Positions 60,987 through 64,000 of a stretch of DNA of 64,000 nt are shown in pieces. The stretch comes from Styela clava. Lineage: Eukaryota. Made by a program: the position numbers and the translations under genes. Under the pieces are notes generated by a model, which did no database searches, was not told the origin of the DNA, and saw only the letters and a list, made by a program, of their open reading frames with translations. Location of the stretch: positions 19,778,001-19,842,000 of the forward strand of contig NC_135254.1 of assembly GCF_964204865.1 (NCBI RefSeq). The letters are read 5' to 3'. The number at the start of each line of letters is the position of its first letter. The stretch's first letter is position 1.

Positions 60987-61340
60987 TTAGTTCTTTGCGA
61001 AGCAAGTATGTAAAATTGGAATCTTGGGTAGCCCGTACAGCAATGCCAAAGTAGTCTTTATTATCCGAATCTTATTATTTCGTTGTCCATCATTTAGAAT
61101 GTTGATTGTTTCTAATTTTTGTATTCCATTTGTTTCCACTAACCAAGTTGTTATCTTCGGCGCTATTACTTTTTGTTTAGTTTTCAATTCTAGTATTTCA
61201 CCTGTTTACCCTTCCATGCCTCTAGCTGAGACTTAAAACGAAGTCCACGACTAGATTCCTAAAAGGATCGAAACCTCGCAATATACTCGTAACAGATCGT
61301 CCACCATTTAACTTTAAATCCAATCTTTTATCCATAAACT
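60987..61340 (-). mobile_element. Possible Penelope-like retroelement remnant
   Basis: The minus ORF contains LLYGLPKI, matching the Penelope RT motif (R)LYGLPKIHK. Otherwise degraded. Confidence 0.45.
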
Positions 61341-61914
61341 TCTTTAATTCCAGTGGATGGGCTTTGCTGATGTTGATATTACGCGATACAGATTACAGAT
61401 ACCGAAACATACAACGCGTAGTCTCTTCAAGCTGACACGTCCGCATCCGACGACGGTCGGAACCTTTTGTCCGACCGTACCAAGGCTGCAAGAGGTGAAA
61501 ACTAAATTATTTAGTAAATACTGAAATAGGCCTACGAACAAAAATGTTGGCCATCTTGCCAATAGGCAGGACAAGTTGTATGGTACCGGTATACAATTTC
61601 TCACGATTTCTAATGTTCTACCAATTCCTTCACCAGCTCTGGACATACCCTATGTTGTAGGCATTTAAGGGATCCCCTTGTTAGATATTTGATGGACAAA
61701 GTGGGGGCAAGTGTCAGTCTTCGCAAGACGGTTGTAACTGCCGTATTTGATCTTTTAAATGGTACCAATGCGACCAATGCGAATACATTCTTTCAGAAAC
61801 TGAATTGTTGAATTATGTTGGAACCCATTGCCCAGGTGCGCTTTCATACTTGAAAAGTCGCTTCCTACCACTATTAAAGAATAAGGTATGGAAATACAAA
61901 AATAACATCGGTCG

Positions 61915-62342
61915 CGGCTGGACGAACAACAATTGTGAATCTCTTAATTAATCATGCAATTAAAAGAACAACGGAATGGAAGCAGAAGAAACTTCCTGAT
62001 CTAATAAAATTACTGGGTAAATTGGTTTGCTCATCTTATACTGATGTCCAAAAAGCATTCGTTGGAACTGGTCCATATCATTTGCAATCCAATTTTAAAA
62101 GCGCGTTTTCTCTAGAGCCCCATAACTGGTCAGAAATGTCTTCTAACCAAAGAAAACAGCATACTGAGTCCTTCCTCAAAGCCCAAATAAATATATCTGA
62201 AAAAGTCAGTAAATCGACCAATGAACAACTTATTATAAAATTACCACCACTAAATGTGGGTAAAAAGAAAGGTCAAAGAAAACGAATGAAAGCCGAAAAA
62301 CCTCGCAGCCATTCATTAAAAAAGTTATCATTGGATATTTGA
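61915..62342 (+). pseudogene. C-terminal fragment of a Mutator/MULE-like transposase
   Basis: GWTNNNCESLN (frameshift) INHAIKRTTEWKQKKLPDLIKLLGKLV..DVQKAFVGTGPYHL..W and a basic tail KKKGQRKR. TNN.CES.N matches the MULE catalytic-E motif. Confidence 0.65.
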
Positions 62343-63494
62343 TTTTATGAAATGAATATGACGTTTTTGTAGCAACTTATCTAAAAGGACTAAAATATTA
62401 TCACTGTATATTACTATCTGTATATTACTATCTGCGGTAGTCCGGTATATTGAAAAAGTTTTTCAGCATTATGATTTTTTTGACTTGGGCAGTTTTTTGT
62501 GCTTGTATACTATCATTTTAAGCTATATAAATTGCTAATTTATTTTTTGCAATTTTGTTTAGTATTCAAGTTCTTTGCTTGATATTTATCATGTTTTCTT
62601 CGATTTTCGTCATTTTGTTCTGTAAATTTAGAAAAATAAGAGAATAATTCAGGTACTTTGTAGACTAATATGATATGTAAAGTTAATAATGCCCCGAGCA
62701 GATGTTCAAATTATCTATCGAACCAAGAAATTATTGCCCCATCTAACATGAATACTACAATATTTTTGTCATTTTATTGCATTTTCCTTTCCGATTTTAT
62801 ATGTAACTGCAATACCTAATATTTTTTCTGCCAAGATGTTTGGTATTTTTTTATACCACTTTCTTTTTATTTCTATGTTAAGTTTCCTTATTTTTTCATC
62901 TTCAAGTCATCCATACTTAATGAAACTAGCCTAAAAAATACTACAATCACAATTTCTTAAATCATTGTAATCATATATTTTTGGCGCATTTACTGCAAAA
63001 AACATGAAGTCATGTTTTTGAAGGAATTCGTCTGCTTTACAAATGCGTCTTTCTAGCAAAAATAAACGAATTCGAGCATTGGCTGATTGAGCATATACTA
63101 TATGTAAAGATAGTACTATTTATTATGTAATTTGTCTACGAATATCGTATTCATTGGGGGCACGTTTTCCAAAATGAAAAAAAAAAATCATCCCTGGCAA
63201 GTAACTTTGACCTTTTGAGGAGGAATCGGCTTTGTATTTGCTGTAGCATTACTGATTTTCCAGAGTTTGTTATGCCTAATATAATGCAATGCACACATTC
63301 AATTAGAAATACTGGAACTGTATAAAATCGTTTTTTCAACCGGGACACTAGACAAAGATCTAAGGATTAAATTAATACAGTAGTTTTTATTCATAGTTAG
63401 GGAAGAATAAAAAGAAGAAAAGACTTGATAAGAGAGAAGTTTAACGAAAAAGATTTGGAATCACATGACTTTTACACCTACAACTTATTCATCA

Positions 63495-63850
63495 AATGTT
63501 TTGTCCACATGTACAATATGTATTTTGTCCACATGTATCCCATTTATCATACATACCATTTAACAGATGTTTTGTCCATCAATAGCTCATTCGTGAAAAC
63601 TTTTCTTTTCTTACCTGTCGTTCAGGGATTTTGTACACATACATCTGGATAACCAGATATTTTGTCCATATATATCTCGTTTCCCTGATGAAACAACAGC
63701 TCATTCGCGAAGTCGAAGTGTTTTCTCTTCATACATTTGGTCCAGAGGTTTTGTCCACATTTATCTCATTCGCCGGACATTTTGTCCACATGAATCCCGT
63801 TTATCATACATCTCATTCACCAGATATTTTGTCTATATATATTTCGTTTC
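63495..63850. repeat. Degenerate array of ttttgtccacat motifs with longer sub-repeats
   Basis: About 8 copies of ttttgtc(c/t)a(c/t)at; atcc..tttatcatacat and cagatattttgtc each occur twice. Confidence 0.65.
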
Positions 63851-64000
63851 GCCGGTTGTGCTTCATTAATTATCAACATGAGTTTACCTGGTGGCAATCA
63901 TGCATTATTGAGTTGGCTCCATGTCGCGCATACTGTAGATTTGTCTTTTGATGTCGCACGCCCTATATATCATCCATCTAACGTTGATTTCCAGTTTTTG

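Noticed and set aside
61220-61285. Hammerhead ribozyme associated with the Penelope-like remnant
   Set aside because: A ggatcgaaac half-site is present, but there is no intact CUGANGA core or convincing stems. ctgatga..gaaa at ~48875 likewise lacks stem II.

Overview
AT-rich, intron-rich, transposon-littered eukaryotic (metazoan-like) DNA with no prokaryotic operons, rRNA, tRNA or CRISPR seen; the organism cannot be identified from sequence alone. The dominant structure is a minus-strand gene (~32.9 kb to ~8.4 kb) that the ORF track does not show because it is made of short phase-0 exons. Six unique 5' coding exons encode an N-terminus with a KKLCCCCR cysteine cluster. They are followed by a ~21-kb array of 64 tandemly duplicated exon units (62 with intact AG/GT ends) of four classes (87, 147, 72 and 66 nt), then a terminal exon MKYSQLEEPPPP* with an AATAAA. 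Every length variant in the array is a multiple of 3, and the 147-nt class appears to be a fusion of the 66- and 87-nt classes that keeps the old splice donor inside it. Full inclusion would give a ~2,150-aa acidic repeat protein. The window also holds a frameshifted ZMYM1-like hAT transposon (4.5-7.2 kb), an 8-exon orphan gene with a probable GC-AG intron (46.7-49.5 kb) and a possible decayed paralogue (~33-38 kb), a second ~2.0-kb tandem array (49.7-58.1 kb) with a Charlie-type insertion, many MITEs with clear TSDs, foldback elements, and LINE, Penelope and MULE remnants. All gene models were read by hand from splice signals and have no transcript support.
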